From the NCBI GenBank assembly GCA_040377565.1, contig JBEION010000001.1, forward strand, positions 1-26,926: DNA of 26,926 bases. Reading direction: 5' to 3'. Positions 8,948 through 17,413 of this stretch are shown here, in pieces; the stretch's first letter is position 1; each line of letters begins with the position of its first letter. Under the pieces are notes generated by a model. The model was not told the origin of the DNA. It did not search any database and saw only the letters and a list, made by a program, of their open reading frames with translations. Both the position numbers and the translations under genes were made by a program. Source of the DNA: Candidatus Nanopelagicales bacterium (GTDB taxonomy: Bacteria > Actinomycetota > Actinomycetes > S36-B12 > UBA5976).

Positions 8948-10218
8948 TGAGTGCTGCAAAGACTGAAGTCGTAGGGCTAGCGAAGGCTGCACGAGTGGCA
9001 GCCAGATTATTGGCAAATTGCACCCGCGCCCAAAAAGATGCCGCACTTAACTTTATGGCTCAAGCGTTACTTGATAACGCCGCTGAGATCATTGCCGCAA
9101 ATAAGCTAGATGTGCAATCAGCAACGGCTGCAAAGATAGATGCAGCAATCATTGATCGTCTCACTTTAGATCAAGTGCGAATCCAATCATTGGCTGACGG
9201 CCTCACAGACATTTCAAAACTCCCTGATCCAGTTGGCGAAACTATCCGAGAATTTGATGTTCCGTCAGGACTGCACATCACTCAGCGCCGAGTCCCATTC
9301 GGAGTGGTTGCGGTTATCTATGAAGCGCGACCTAACGTCACCGTGGATACGGCAGGACTGACGCTCAAGAGTGGAAACTGTGCATTGCTTCGAGGATCTG
9401 CATCAGCGAAAAATACGAATACGAAACTCGTGGAAGTTATGCGCGCAGCACTTTCTAAATCTGAGGTGCCAGCGGATGCAATTCAAATAGTTTCGGCCGA
9501 ATCTCATGAGTCCGTTGCTGAGTTATTGCAAGCCAGGGGACTGATTGACGTTGTGATTCCGCGTGGGGGAAGTGCCTTAATCGAACGCGTCGTAACCGAA
9601 TCAATAGTTCCAGTGATTGAAACCGGTGTTGGCAACTGCCATGTTTATATCGATAAGTCAGCTGATTTTGCCAAGGCTATATCTATCGCAATCAATTCAA
9701 AGGTGCAGCGGGTGAGTGTTTGCAATGCAGCTGAAACGATTCTGATCCATAGCGAGATAGCTGATGAGTTCATTCCAGAATTAATGCAAGCGTTCAAAGC
9801 TGAAGGGGTCACTATTCACGGCGATGATTCAGTGGCCGAATACGCAGCGCAGGCCGGTACTGCTTTCAAGCAGGCTACAGATTCAGATTGGTCAGATGAG
9901 TATTACTCGCTTGATATTGCTGCCAGAGTTGTATCTGACATAGATGATGCTCTAAGTCACATTCAGAAATGGTCGACGGGACATACTGAAGCGATCGTTG
10001 CTACCGATGAGGTTGCAATTTCTAGATTTACTTCAGAACTGGATTCAGCAGTGGTGATGGTGAATGCATCAACCCGATTTACTGATGGGGGCGAGTTTGG
10101 CTTTGGTGCCGAGATTGGAATCTCGACTCAGAAGCTTCATGCCCGAGGTCCGATGGGACTGCAAGAGCTGACAACTTCAACTTATGTTGTTGTCGGAGAC
10201 GGACATACTCGTCACTAG
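8947..10218 (+). CDS. proA: Gamma-glutamyl phosphate reductase (glutamate-5-semialdehyde dehydrogenase)
   Basis: VPFGVVAVIYEARPNVT, ETGVGNCH, SVCNAAET, VNASTRFTDGGEFGFGAEIGISTQKLHARGPMGL. The start is ATG 8947 or GTG 8944. Confidence 0.96.
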   Translation: MSAAKTEVVGLAKAARVAARLLANCTRAQKDAALNFMAQALLDNAAEIIAANKLDVQSATAAKIDAAIIDRLTLDQVRIQSLADGLTDISKLPDPVGETIREFDVPSGLHITQRRVPFGVVAVIYEARPNVTVDTAGLTLKSGNCALLRGSASAKNTNTKLVEVMRAALSKSEVPADAIQIVSAESHESVAELLQARGLIDVVIPRGGSALIERVVTESIVPVIETGVGNCHVYIDKSADFAKAISIAINSKVQRVSVCNAAETILIHSEIADEFIPELMQAFKAEGVTIHGDDSVAEYAAQAGTAFKQATDSDWSDEYYSLDIAARVVSDIDDALSHIQKWSTGHTEAIVATDEVAISRFTSELDSAVVMVNASTRFTDGGEFGFGAEIGISTQKLHARGPMGLQELTTSTYVVVGDGHTRH

Positions 10219-11327
10219 CTAGGTAGTTGCCATTGCGGTGTATTTTGTTTTCCACCTAGAGCTAATTCAGCAGTTATCTTGCCAATAGTCGGAACAAACT
10301 TAAATCCATGACCTGAACATGGCGAACACACTGTTATTGGCCCACGTCGATCCAAAATGAAGTCTTCTTCTGGTGTATTTGTGAACAAACATGTTGTTGC
10401 AGCTGCAGTATCAAGATTTAGGCCAGGGAACCAGTGCGCTACGTATTCCTTCATTTCAGTTAAATGCTTCTGGCTAATTTCAAAATCTCGATTGTCCGGA
10501 TCAATTGCCTTGCGATCACTCCAAGTTCCCACCTTGAATCCTTCACTAGGTGTGTAAAGTCCATACGCACTGGCTTCAAGAGGAGAGCCACCACGACCGT
10601 TAGCGCCGTGATGCAAGAAACTTGGCCACAATGACTCTGACTCAAGACCTGCGTTTGGTTGAAAGTGTGCTGGTTGGCCAGCGTCAACAATTAAGTCTGG
10701 AAGATCAACTAGGTGACCGACGAGTTTTTCAACCCAACCACCGGCTGCAACAACTACCGATGGAGTTCGCCAAGTTTTTGATTCAGTTTCAACAATTGCG
10801 TAGTCGCCATCGAGTTGAATCGAGAGCACACGTGTATTCAAGTGAACCTGCCCACCAAGTTCTTGGGTTCGCTGAATGAGTGTCGACACTGTCTTGTCTG
10901 CAAAACAGCGACCACCATCAGGGCTATAAAGAACGTGGTCTTCAAAATTCATTCCTGGCCAGCGACTATGTGCCTCTGCCGCGTTCATGCGCTCGTAACT
11001 TCTACCTAGTCGATCGAGGCTGGCGGCAATCTCATCGATTGCTTCTTTGTAACCGTGATCAAGTTGGCCATTTTGCTCAAGCAAGTGCTCGCCAGAATCT
11101 GCTTCCAACTCTCGCCAATCTGGAAGTGCTCTCGCCGCTAAATCTGTGTAGAGGGGAGTGCGATATGAAAGCCGAAAAATTCGGGTCCCGCCGTGCGAAC
11201 TACCTTTATCGTGAGCGATCCCAAACTGCTCAATCAGAGCCACATCTTTACCTTGCCGGGCAAGCTGCCAAGCGGTAGCGCTACCCATTGCGCCAGCACC
11301 AATCACAACATGATCAATGTGTTCCAA
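10215..11327 (-). CDS. Monomeric sarcosine oxidase / N-methyltryptophan oxidase (SolA-like) family FAD oxidoreductase
   Basis: VVIGAGAMG Rossmann motif, GSSHGGTRIFR, TCLFTNTPEEDFILD (flavinylation-type Cys), CSGHGFKF. TTG 11327 follows an AGAAGGG SD-like motif and avoids overlap with nadD. Confidence 0.82.
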   Translation of the reverse strand: MEHIDHVVIGAGAMGSATAWQLARQGKDVALIEQFGIAHDKGSSHGGTRIFRLSYRTPLYTDLAARALPDWRELEADSGEHLLEQNGQLDHGYKEAIDEIAASLDRLGRSYERMNAAEAHSRWPGMNFEDHVLYSPDGGRCFADKTVSTLIQRTQELGGQVHLNTRVLSIQLDGDYAIVETESKTWRTPSVVVAAGGWVEKLVGHLVDLPDLIVDAGQPAHFQPNAGLESESLWPSFLHHGANGRGGSPLEASAYGLYTPSEGFKVGTWSDRKAIDPDNRDFEISQKHLTEMKEYVAHWFPGLNLDTAAATTCLFTNTPEEDFILDRRGPITVCSPCSGHGFKFVPTIGKITAELALGGKQNTPQWQLPS

Positions 11328-11375
11328 GGCAATTAACCCTTCTGGCTGGGAGATTAACTCCACACTAGTTGCAAG

Positions 11376-11381
11376 TATTCT
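11376..11381 (+). promoter_or_regulatory. Putative -10 element (TATTCT) for leaderless nadD
   Basis: TANNNT 7 nt before ATG 11389, no SD. Confidence 0.45.
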
Positions 11382-11388
11382 TGTAGTC

Positions 11389-11955
11389 ATGAGGGTTGGC
11401 ATATTGGGCGGGACTTTTGACCCAATACATATCGGACATCTAATTGCTGCCAGTTCAGTTTATGAAGCCCTAAATCTTGATTCAGTAGTTTTTATCCCAG
11501 CAGGCGATCCTTGGCAAAAGCGGGATCGTGATCTGAGCCCAGGTCAACAACGCTTGGAAATGGTAAAACTAGCGACTGAAAATGACGCTCGGTTTCAAGT
11601 TAGCGACGTAGAGATTGCTCGAAGCGGTCCAACGTATGCCGTGGATACCGTACGTGAATGGAAGCGGCTGAATCCAAGCGATGAACTTTTCTGGATCGTA
11701 GGCTCCGATGCGCTTAGTGGAATTCCAAGCTGGCACGAATGGGAAGCATTAGTAAGTGAAGTAACGATTGTCGCCGTCAATCGTGTAGGGCAAAATGATT
11801 CAGTACCTTTTGATTTTGTCTCTGTAGACATGCCAGAAGTTCGAATTTCTGCAACTGAACTTCGTGACCGATTCACAAACGGGTTAGACACCCAATACCT
11901 AGTTCCAAAGAACGTCAGCCAATACATTTCAGATCAAGGTCTGTATCAAGCGTGA
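11389..11955 (+). CDS. nadD: Nicotinate-nucleotide adenylyltransferase
   Basis: GILGGTFDPIHIGH (HIGH motif), PAGDPWQK, GPTYAVDT, FWIVGSD, ISATELR. Confidence 0.95.
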   Translation: MRVGILGGTFDPIHIGHLIAASSVYEALNLDSVVFIPAGDPWQKRDRDLSPGQQRLEMVKLATENDARFQVSDVEIARSGPTYAVDTVREWKRLNPSDELFWIVGSDALSGIPSWHEWEALVSEVTIVAVNRVGQNDSVPFDFVSVDMPEVRISATELRDRFTNGLDTQYLVPKNVSQYISDQGLYQA

Positions 11956-12749
11956 ATCGAATTCCATCATTCTTGAAATGGTTAATGAGTTCGACCTTGG
12001 CAGTTGCTTTGCTAACTGGAGTCTTTGTACTTCGAGGCGATGGTCAAGCTGCGCCGCTACCAGCCGAGATAACTGCTAGCCCATCTGTTAGTCCGACCTC
12101 AGATCCTGCAACCGACATCAACAATTTATTGATTGCCTTAATTGATTCGCAGCAAAAGATTGTTTCGGTAACGGTCCTAAAACAATCAAGTGATGGCACA
12201 AAATTCTCGATAGTGAACATCGATCCAGCCACATTGATCGTGCCGCCCGGTCAGGGCTTTGTTCCAATCAGTGATGCTGGATTGCAAGGCTCGTTTGATG
12301 GCGTTGACCAAGCAATATCTGGAGCACTTGGAATTCCAATTGATGGCTCAATACTTTTGCAGCGCCTAGCTTTGGCTGGGTTAGTTGATGGCGTTGGTGG
12401 AATCACCATTGATTCGCAGAATCTTTACCGAGTGAGCGAATCCGGCGAAGCCGCGCAGTACGTTCGGCCTGGCAGCGCTGTTCTAACTGGGGGAGATGCT
12501 GCCGGCTACGCGATGGTTAAGTCACAATTCGAAACTACCGATGAGTTCATGTCCAGAACTAATCAAGTTTTGCGAGCGGTATTTGAAAATCAACAAGGTG
12601 ATGAAGCTCGGGTAGATGAAGTGCTTTCGGCATTGGGATCACTTGCCAAATCAAATGTGCCAACCCAGAGCATTGCAAGATTAATTGTTGAACTTCGCAC
12701 ATCTAATCTGTGGTCAAGTGCCAACATTTCCCGCGTGCCAAGTAATTAA
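11952..12749 (+). CDS. LytR-CpsA-Psr (LCP)-like membrane-anchored protein, degenerate
   Basis: N-terminal TM anchor; GIPIDG..L....LAGLVDGVGGITID and LTGGDAAGYA match the LCP core. It sits between nadD and rsfS, where an LCP gene occurs in Streptomyces. GTGA overlap with nadD. Confidence 0.65.
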   Translation: MNRIPSFLKWLMSSTLAVALLTGVFVLRGDGQAAPLPAEITASPSVSPTSDPATDINNLLIALIDSQQKIVSVTVLKQSSDGTKFSIVNIDPATLIVPPGQGFVPISDAGLQGSFDGVDQAISGALGIPIDGSILLQRLALAGLVDGVGGITIDSQNLYRVSESGEAAQYVRPGSAVLTGGDAAGYAMVKSQFETTDEFMSRTNQVLRAVFENQQGDEARVDEVLSALGSLAKSNVPTQSIARLIVELRTSNLWSSANISRVPSN

Positions 12750-12797
12750 GTAGTCTTAGAGTCCTTATTAAATAAGTACTGCGAAAGTGTGGAGTTT

Positions 12798-13157
12798 GTG
12801 GCTGCCTCTGAACATGCCTTAAAGATTGCCAAGATTGCGGCACAAGCGGCTTATGACAAGAAAGCTGAGAACATAGTTCTGCTTGATGTCAGTGAACACT
12901 TGGTCATTACTGACATTTTCTTGATTGCCTCGGCTGATAACGAGCGCCAAGTGGGTGCGATAGTTGACGCCATCGAAGCCGCCCTTGATGAGATTGATGT
13001 TGATCCAATTCGCCGCGAAGGAAATCGCGAAGGTCGTTGGGTACTGCTTGATTACTTCGACATCGTCGTACACGTTCAGCAAGATGAAGAGCGAAGTCTG
13101 TATGACCTAGAACGCTTGTGGAGCGATTGCCCACATATCCCTGTGGAATTGGTATGA
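12798..13157 (+). CDS. rsfS: Ribosome silencing factor RsfS (Iojap)
   Basis: AAQAAYDKKAENIVLLDV, TDIFLIASADNERQVGAIVDAI, EGRWVLLDYFDIVVHV, YDLERLWSDCP. The start is GTG 12798 or 12789. Confidence 0.95.
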   Translation: MAASEHALKIAKIAAQAAYDKKAENIVLLDVSEHLVITDIFLIASADNERQVGAIVDAIEAALDEIDVDPIRREGNREGRWVLLDYFDIVVHVQQDEERSLYDLERLWSDCPHIPVELV

Positions 13158-13813
13158 GTTCACGTCGCTTAGTTTTATGGCGTCACGGTCAAACCGTTTG
13201 GAACGCTGAGAACCGTCATCAGGGACAAATCGACATCCCGTTAAATGACGTGGGCGTTGAACAAGCTCGACACGCTGCGCAAACTTTGCTTGCTATGAAG
13301 CCGACTCATGTAATTGCAAGCGACTTATCTAGAGCGCTGGAAACAGGTAGGACCCTGGCTGATCTTGCCGGCGTGGAACTAACTGTCGATGAACGTTTGC
13401 GAGAAACTTTTGCTGGCGAATGGCAAGGTATGACGCGTGACGAGATCATGGCAAAGTACCCAGAAGATTACGCAGCTTGGGGCGGCGACTCAGAGATCAG
13501 ACCTGGTGGTGGGGAAACACGTTGGGAAGTATCTGAACGAGTTGTAGAAGCCATTGAACATGCGCTGGTTACTGTTCCTTCTGGTGGTACTTTAGTTGTC
13601 GCTTCCCATGGTGGCGCTTTGCGATCTGCGCTTGGTCGACTTTTGGGATTAGCACCAGAGCAATGGACCATACTTGGCGTTCTGGCTAACGCACAATGGT
13701 CTGTACTTTCTGAACTTGATGAAAACATGCCTAAGTTGCCGGGTTTGAAATGGCGACTGCAGGAATACAACGCAGGATCGTTACCTGAGCCTGCAATTGG
13801 TGATGATAAGTAA
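13154..13813 (+). CDS. Histidine phosphatase (phosphoglycerate mutase-like) family protein
   Basis: LWRHGQT, SDLSRALET, RPGGGET, VASHGGALR. ATGA overlap with rsfS. Confidence 0.9.
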   Translation: MSSRRLVLWRHGQTVWNAENRHQGQIDIPLNDVGVEQARHAAQTLLAMKPTHVIASDLSRALETGRTLADLAGVELTVDERLRETFAGEWQGMTRDEIMAKYPEDYAAWGGDSEIRPGGGETRWEVSERVVEAIEHALVTVPSGGTLVVASHGGALRSALGRLLGLAPEQWTILGVLANAQWSVLSELDENMPKLPGLKWRLQEYNAGSLPEPAIGDDK

Positions 13814-13837
13814 CGTCCACTAACATTGACAAGGTTC

Positions 13838-13953
<116 letters not shown>

Positions 13954-13955
13954 AT

Positions 13956-14008
13956 GAGCCGGACGGATTCGGGAGGAGCGAAGCGACTTGAAGCCTCGGC
14001 CCGGCCTC
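13956..14008. repeat. GC-rich nested hairpin (REP-like candidate) with GCGAAGC apex
   Basis: GAGCCGG (13956-62) pairs with CCGGCCTC (14001-08), GAGG (13973-76) with CCTC (13994-97), and GCGAAGC lies at 13978-84. Only one copy in the window. Confidence 0.3.
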
Positions 14009-14115
14009 GACCGAAGTTTCCCCGTTCAATCGTGGGAAAACTAGGGTCTAGGCAAAAATGATTTGCGGGTGTAGATTTTCATCACATTTCTTTCACGCTG
14101 AATATGGAGAAGATT

Positions 14116-15072
14116 ATGACTGATCGTTCCCGATTAGATCCTGAAACAACCATCCCGTTAGATGGTTTGCTAGAAGCTCTACCGGGTGGCTTTAATGCCA
14201 TTCCAGATATCAATGCTCGCAGAGCAACTCTTTCAGGAATGATTGCGGCGATGGAAGTTCCAGTTAATCCAAATGTGGAAGTAACCGAACATATTGCACC
14301 AGGACCTGCAGGAGACATAAAGGTCAGAGTCTTTTCACCTAAGAATGTGGCGTCCCCACGACCTGCTTTGGTTTTCATTCATGGTGGAGGAATGATTCTC
14401 GGAAGTATTGATGACGAACACGATATGGCTCAATTGATGTGTGATCAATTAGGTATGACTATTGCCAGTGTCGATTATCGTAAAGCACCAGAAAATCCTC
14501 ATCCTGCCGCCACCAATGATTGCTTTGCAGCTTCTCAGTGGGTTTTTGCTAATGCCAAATCGCTAGGCATTGATGCAAACAAAATTGGTATTTACGGAGG
14601 TAGTGCTGGTGGCGGATTGGCTATTTCTGTAGCACTTAAGGCAAGGGATGAAAAGGGACCTGATTTTAAATTTATGGTGCCGATTTATCCAATGATTGAT
14701 CATCGTAATGAATCACATTCTTCAAAGTTAATTACAGATGTGGGAATTTGGGATCGGGAAGGTTCCATTGAAGCCTGGTCTTGGTATTTAGGTGGCCAAG
14801 AACCAGATCAATATTCATCTCCTGCTATTGCTGCAAGCCTCAAAGGTCTACCACCCGCTTATATTGATGTCGGTGAAATGGATATGTTTCGTGATGAAAA
14901 TTTAGACTTTGTGAAAAGACTTGGTGAAGCAGATGTCAGAGTTGAATTTCATTTGTGGCCAGGGGTTTATCACGGAGCCGAAGTTTTTGCCCCGGATGCC
15001 ACAATTAGCCAAACGATTATGGCAACTCGGCTTGCTGGCATTAAGAGATTAGTGGAACTAATCAGTCGTTAG
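14116..15072 (+). CDS. Alpha/beta hydrolase, HSL-like (family IV) esterase
   Basis: FIHGGGM oxyanion motif, SVDYRKAPE, GGSAGG nucleophile elbow, DVGEMDMFRDE, and HGAE (catalytic His). SD GGAG 6 nt before ATG 14116. Confidence 0.9.
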   Translation: MTDRSRLDPETTIPLDGLLEALPGGFNAIPDINARRATLSGMIAAMEVPVNPNVEVTEHIAPGPAGDIKVRVFSPKNVASPRPALVFIHGGGMILGSIDDEHDMAQLMCDQLGMTIASVDYRKAPENPHPAATNDCFAASQWVFANAKSLGIDANKIGIYGGSAGGGLAISVALKARDEKGPDFKFMVPIYPMIDHRNESHSSKLITDVGIWDREGSIEAWSWYLGGQEPDQYSSPAIAASLKGLPPAYIDVGEMDMFRDENLDFVKRLGEADVRVEFHLWPGVYHGAEVFAPDATISQTIMATRLAGIKRLVELISR

Positions 15073-15146
15073 TGAGGAAATCTAACGGACTTAGCCATAA
15101 AGAATTTGCACGGATGCCAGCCCGATGCCCCTAACGAAATGGGTTT

Positions 15147-16196
15147 CTACCAGATGTCGCCCAACGTATAACCAGTCTGGAATGGATCTGAAGGATCGAT
15201 TTCCCAGATAGCTGTACCGGTAACCCAGGCACTGCCTCGGATCGTTGGAGTTACGGCTTCGTACTGGCCAATCTTGGTTGGTTCATTTACTTGACCAAAG
15301 AACTTAGTGCCCAAGAAACTCATGTGCGAAAACTCTTCACCAAGAGCAAGTTGACCTCTGCTGTACAGGGCTGACATTCGTCCGCAAGTACCAGTGCCAC
15401 AAGGGGAGCGATCCAGCATGCCCTTCCAGGTTTCCGGATCTGCGGTTAAGTTATCGCCGGTAAGTACAGCAGAGTTCTGTGCTTGCTTACCTGGCTCACG
15501 ATCACCGTTGTGCAGAATAACGATGCCAACTTTGTTAATGCTTGGATTTTCTGGATGCTCAAATTGAAGCTGCTTGTTCACTGCGTACTTGATCGCAGCG
15601 CCAGCACGAGTTATAGCTTTGGCATTTTCTGGCTTGATCTCAAGTCCAACGTTGGCAATGTTGGTTTGGGCAAAGAATTGTCCACCGAAAACTAAGTCAA
15701 TTGGAATTGGACCGTATTCCGGAATATCGACAAATTTGTCGATGTAAACCGTAAATGCTGGAACGTTTCGAATTGAGACATCTAGAACTTTGCCATCTTT
15801 GCAACGCGCAAGAACTGAAATAGTTCCAACCGCTGTATCAATAGTGACGGTGGTTTCAGGCTCTTGCATCTTTACGATGCCTTTTTCTAGGGCAGCCGTT
15901 ACCGCACACATTGTGTTACTGCCTGACATTGCAGTAAAGCCACCTTGTTCCAGAACAATGATTCCAAAATCAGAACCTTTGCTAACTGGTGGAAGAATAA
16001 ACACTGCACATAATGCTGGATAGCCGCGAGGTTCGTGCAAGATTGCGTGGCGGAACCAATCTAAATTGGCTTCACAGTAATCGAAACGTTCTTTCATGGT
16101 CTCGCCCTTAACTAGGTGAGCCATGTTGGTGATTACTCGACCGCCTTCGCCTTCAGCGTGGGCTTCGATGGTTTCAATAATCAATTTTTCAGCCAT
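15147..16196 (-). CDS. Proline racemase superfamily protein with Ser/Cys catalytic pair
   Basis: HAEGE, EPRG, MSGSN (Ser91), LVFGGQFFA, DRSPCGTGT (Cys266), GSAWVTG, DPSDPFQTGY. Confidence 0.88.
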   Translation of the reverse strand: MAEKLIIETIEAHAEGEGGRVITNMAHLVKGETMKERFDYCEANLDWFRHAILHEPRGYPALCAVFILPPVSKGSDFGIIVLEQGGFTAMSGSNTMCAVTAALEKGIVKMQEPETTVTIDTAVGTISVLARCKDGKVLDVSIRNVPAFTVYIDKFVDIPEYGPIPIDLVFGGQFFAQTNIANVGLEIKPENAKAITRAGAAIKYAVNKQLQFEHPENPSINKVGIVILHNGDREPGKQAQNSAVLTGDNLTADPETWKGMLDRSPCGTGTCGRMSALYSRGQLALGEEFSHMSFLGTKFFGQVNEPTKIGQYEAVTPTIRGSAWVTGTAIWEIDPSDPFQTGYTLGDIW

Positions 16197-16198
16197 TG

Positions 16199-17095
16199 TT
16201 AAACCGTCTTTACTCCAGCAGCATTAAGCAGCTTTGCAAAGTGAGCTTTTTGTTCAACCGAAAGCGGCAGTCCTGGTGGACGAACCGGTCCAACACTTGC
16301 GCCAATTAGTTCGCAGCCAGCCTTGATACCGGCGTAATAGTTAACTGATTCCAAGAAGTCACAGATTGGCCAGATCTTTTTCCAAAGTTCGCGACCCTTT
16401 GCCAAATCATTGTCGACAGCTAGGGCGTTATAGAGAGCTACCGCTAGTTCTGGAATTACCGTTGCAGTTCCCCAGACTGAAGCTTCAGCACCGCTGGCTA
16501 GACCAAAGAAAGTCAGAGTGTCCCAACCGTTGAAAGCTTTGATCTTGTCTGAGCGATTGGCAAGTAGGTCTGCCATTGTCACGGCATCGCCGGAAGTGTC
16601 CTTTAGGTAGTTAACGCCAGGGATTTCTCCGAGTTGTGCAATTTGTTCGGCGTTAAGCGTTACTCCAGTTGAACTTGGGATGTTGTAGTACATAACTGGA
16701 ATGGAGATCGATTCGGCTACCGAGCGCATGAATACTTGGAGTTCTGCAAAGTTAGGCGCTGCATAAAACGGTGGCAACAGCATGACACCGGTAGAGCCAG
16801 ACTTCTCGGCATGCTTAGCAAGTGAGATAGCTTCTGCAGTCGAGGTGGAACCAACTCCAGCAAAAACATGGCAACGACCGGCAGCTGCTTCGTTGACCAC
16901 TTCAAAAACTCGACGGTATTCCTGTGGAGTCAGTGTCATGAACTCACCAGTTGTGCCAGTTGGAACAACGCCATGAATTCCGGCATCAACTAGGCGATTG
17001 ATTTGGGCATGCATTGCAGCCTCATCAAGCGCACTGCCATCTGCTGTGAAAGGAGTGGTGATTGCTGCGAGGATTCCGCGAATCTCAGTTGTCAT
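16199..17095 (-). CDS. Dihydrodipicolinate synthase / class I aldolase family lyase (not necessarily DapA)
   Basis: ITTPF, GTTGEF, LPPFY, YYNIP, and LKDTSG (Schiff-base Lys). Confidence 0.88.
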   Translation of the reverse strand: MTTEIRGILAAITTPFTADGSALDEAAMHAQINRLVDAGIHGVVPTGTTGEFMTLTPQEYRRVFEVVNEAAAGRCHVFAGVGSTSTAEAISLAKHAEKSGSTGVMLLPPFYAAPNFAELQVFMRSVAESISIPVMYYNIPSSTGVTLNAEQIAQLGEIPGVNYLKDTSGDAVTMADLLANRSDKIKAFNGWDTLTFFGLASGAEASVWGTATVIPELAVALYNALAVDNDLAKGRELWKKIWPICDFLESVNYYAGIKAGCELIGASVGPVRPPGLPLSVEQKAHFAKLLNAAGVKTV

Positions 17096-17113
17096 GCTTT
17101 TACTTTCTAGGAA

Positions 17114-17413
17114 TTAAACGATGTCATTTTCAGTTACGAACATACGTTCGCGAGCCGAAAGGTGAGCTAGAGAATCGGCTGCAACACTTTTACCAATTTC
17201 GGTGGCATATGCAGCTTCAAAATCTTCCTTGGAATCAAACCAAAGTTCGGAGACTCCGTCATAAGCGCTGCCATCATCGGCAAGGTTAAACACAATCTTG
17301 CGAACTCCGGGCAAGGTTGCGGCCTTCTTGGAGTGATCAACTAACCACCACTGCTTAAAGTCATCGTGACTCATGTCTTCGCCACGCTTTAACAAGATGA
17401 TTGCTTTAAACAT
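17114..17413 (-). CDS. EthD-like dimeric alpha/beta-barrel protein
   Basis: 99 aa; LLKRGEDMSHDDFKQWWLVDH...LPGVRK...YDGVSELWFDS..F pattern. Confidence 0.8.
   Translation of the reverse strand: MFKAIILLKRGEDMSHDDFKQWWLVDHSKKAATLPGVRKIVFNLADDGSAYDGVSELWFDSKEDFEAAYATEIGKSVAADSLAHLSARERMFVTENDIV

Noticed and set aside
10215-10222. CTAGCTAG at the proA/oxidase junction as a possible target-site duplication
   Set aside because: Fully explained by overlapping TAG stops on both strands; no IS ends or transposase.
16199-17095. Calling the DHDPS-family gene dapA (lysine biosynthesis)
   Set aside because: The catabolic context, with no dapB, thyX or rnj neighbours, points to a paralogous lyase, so no gene symbol was assigned.
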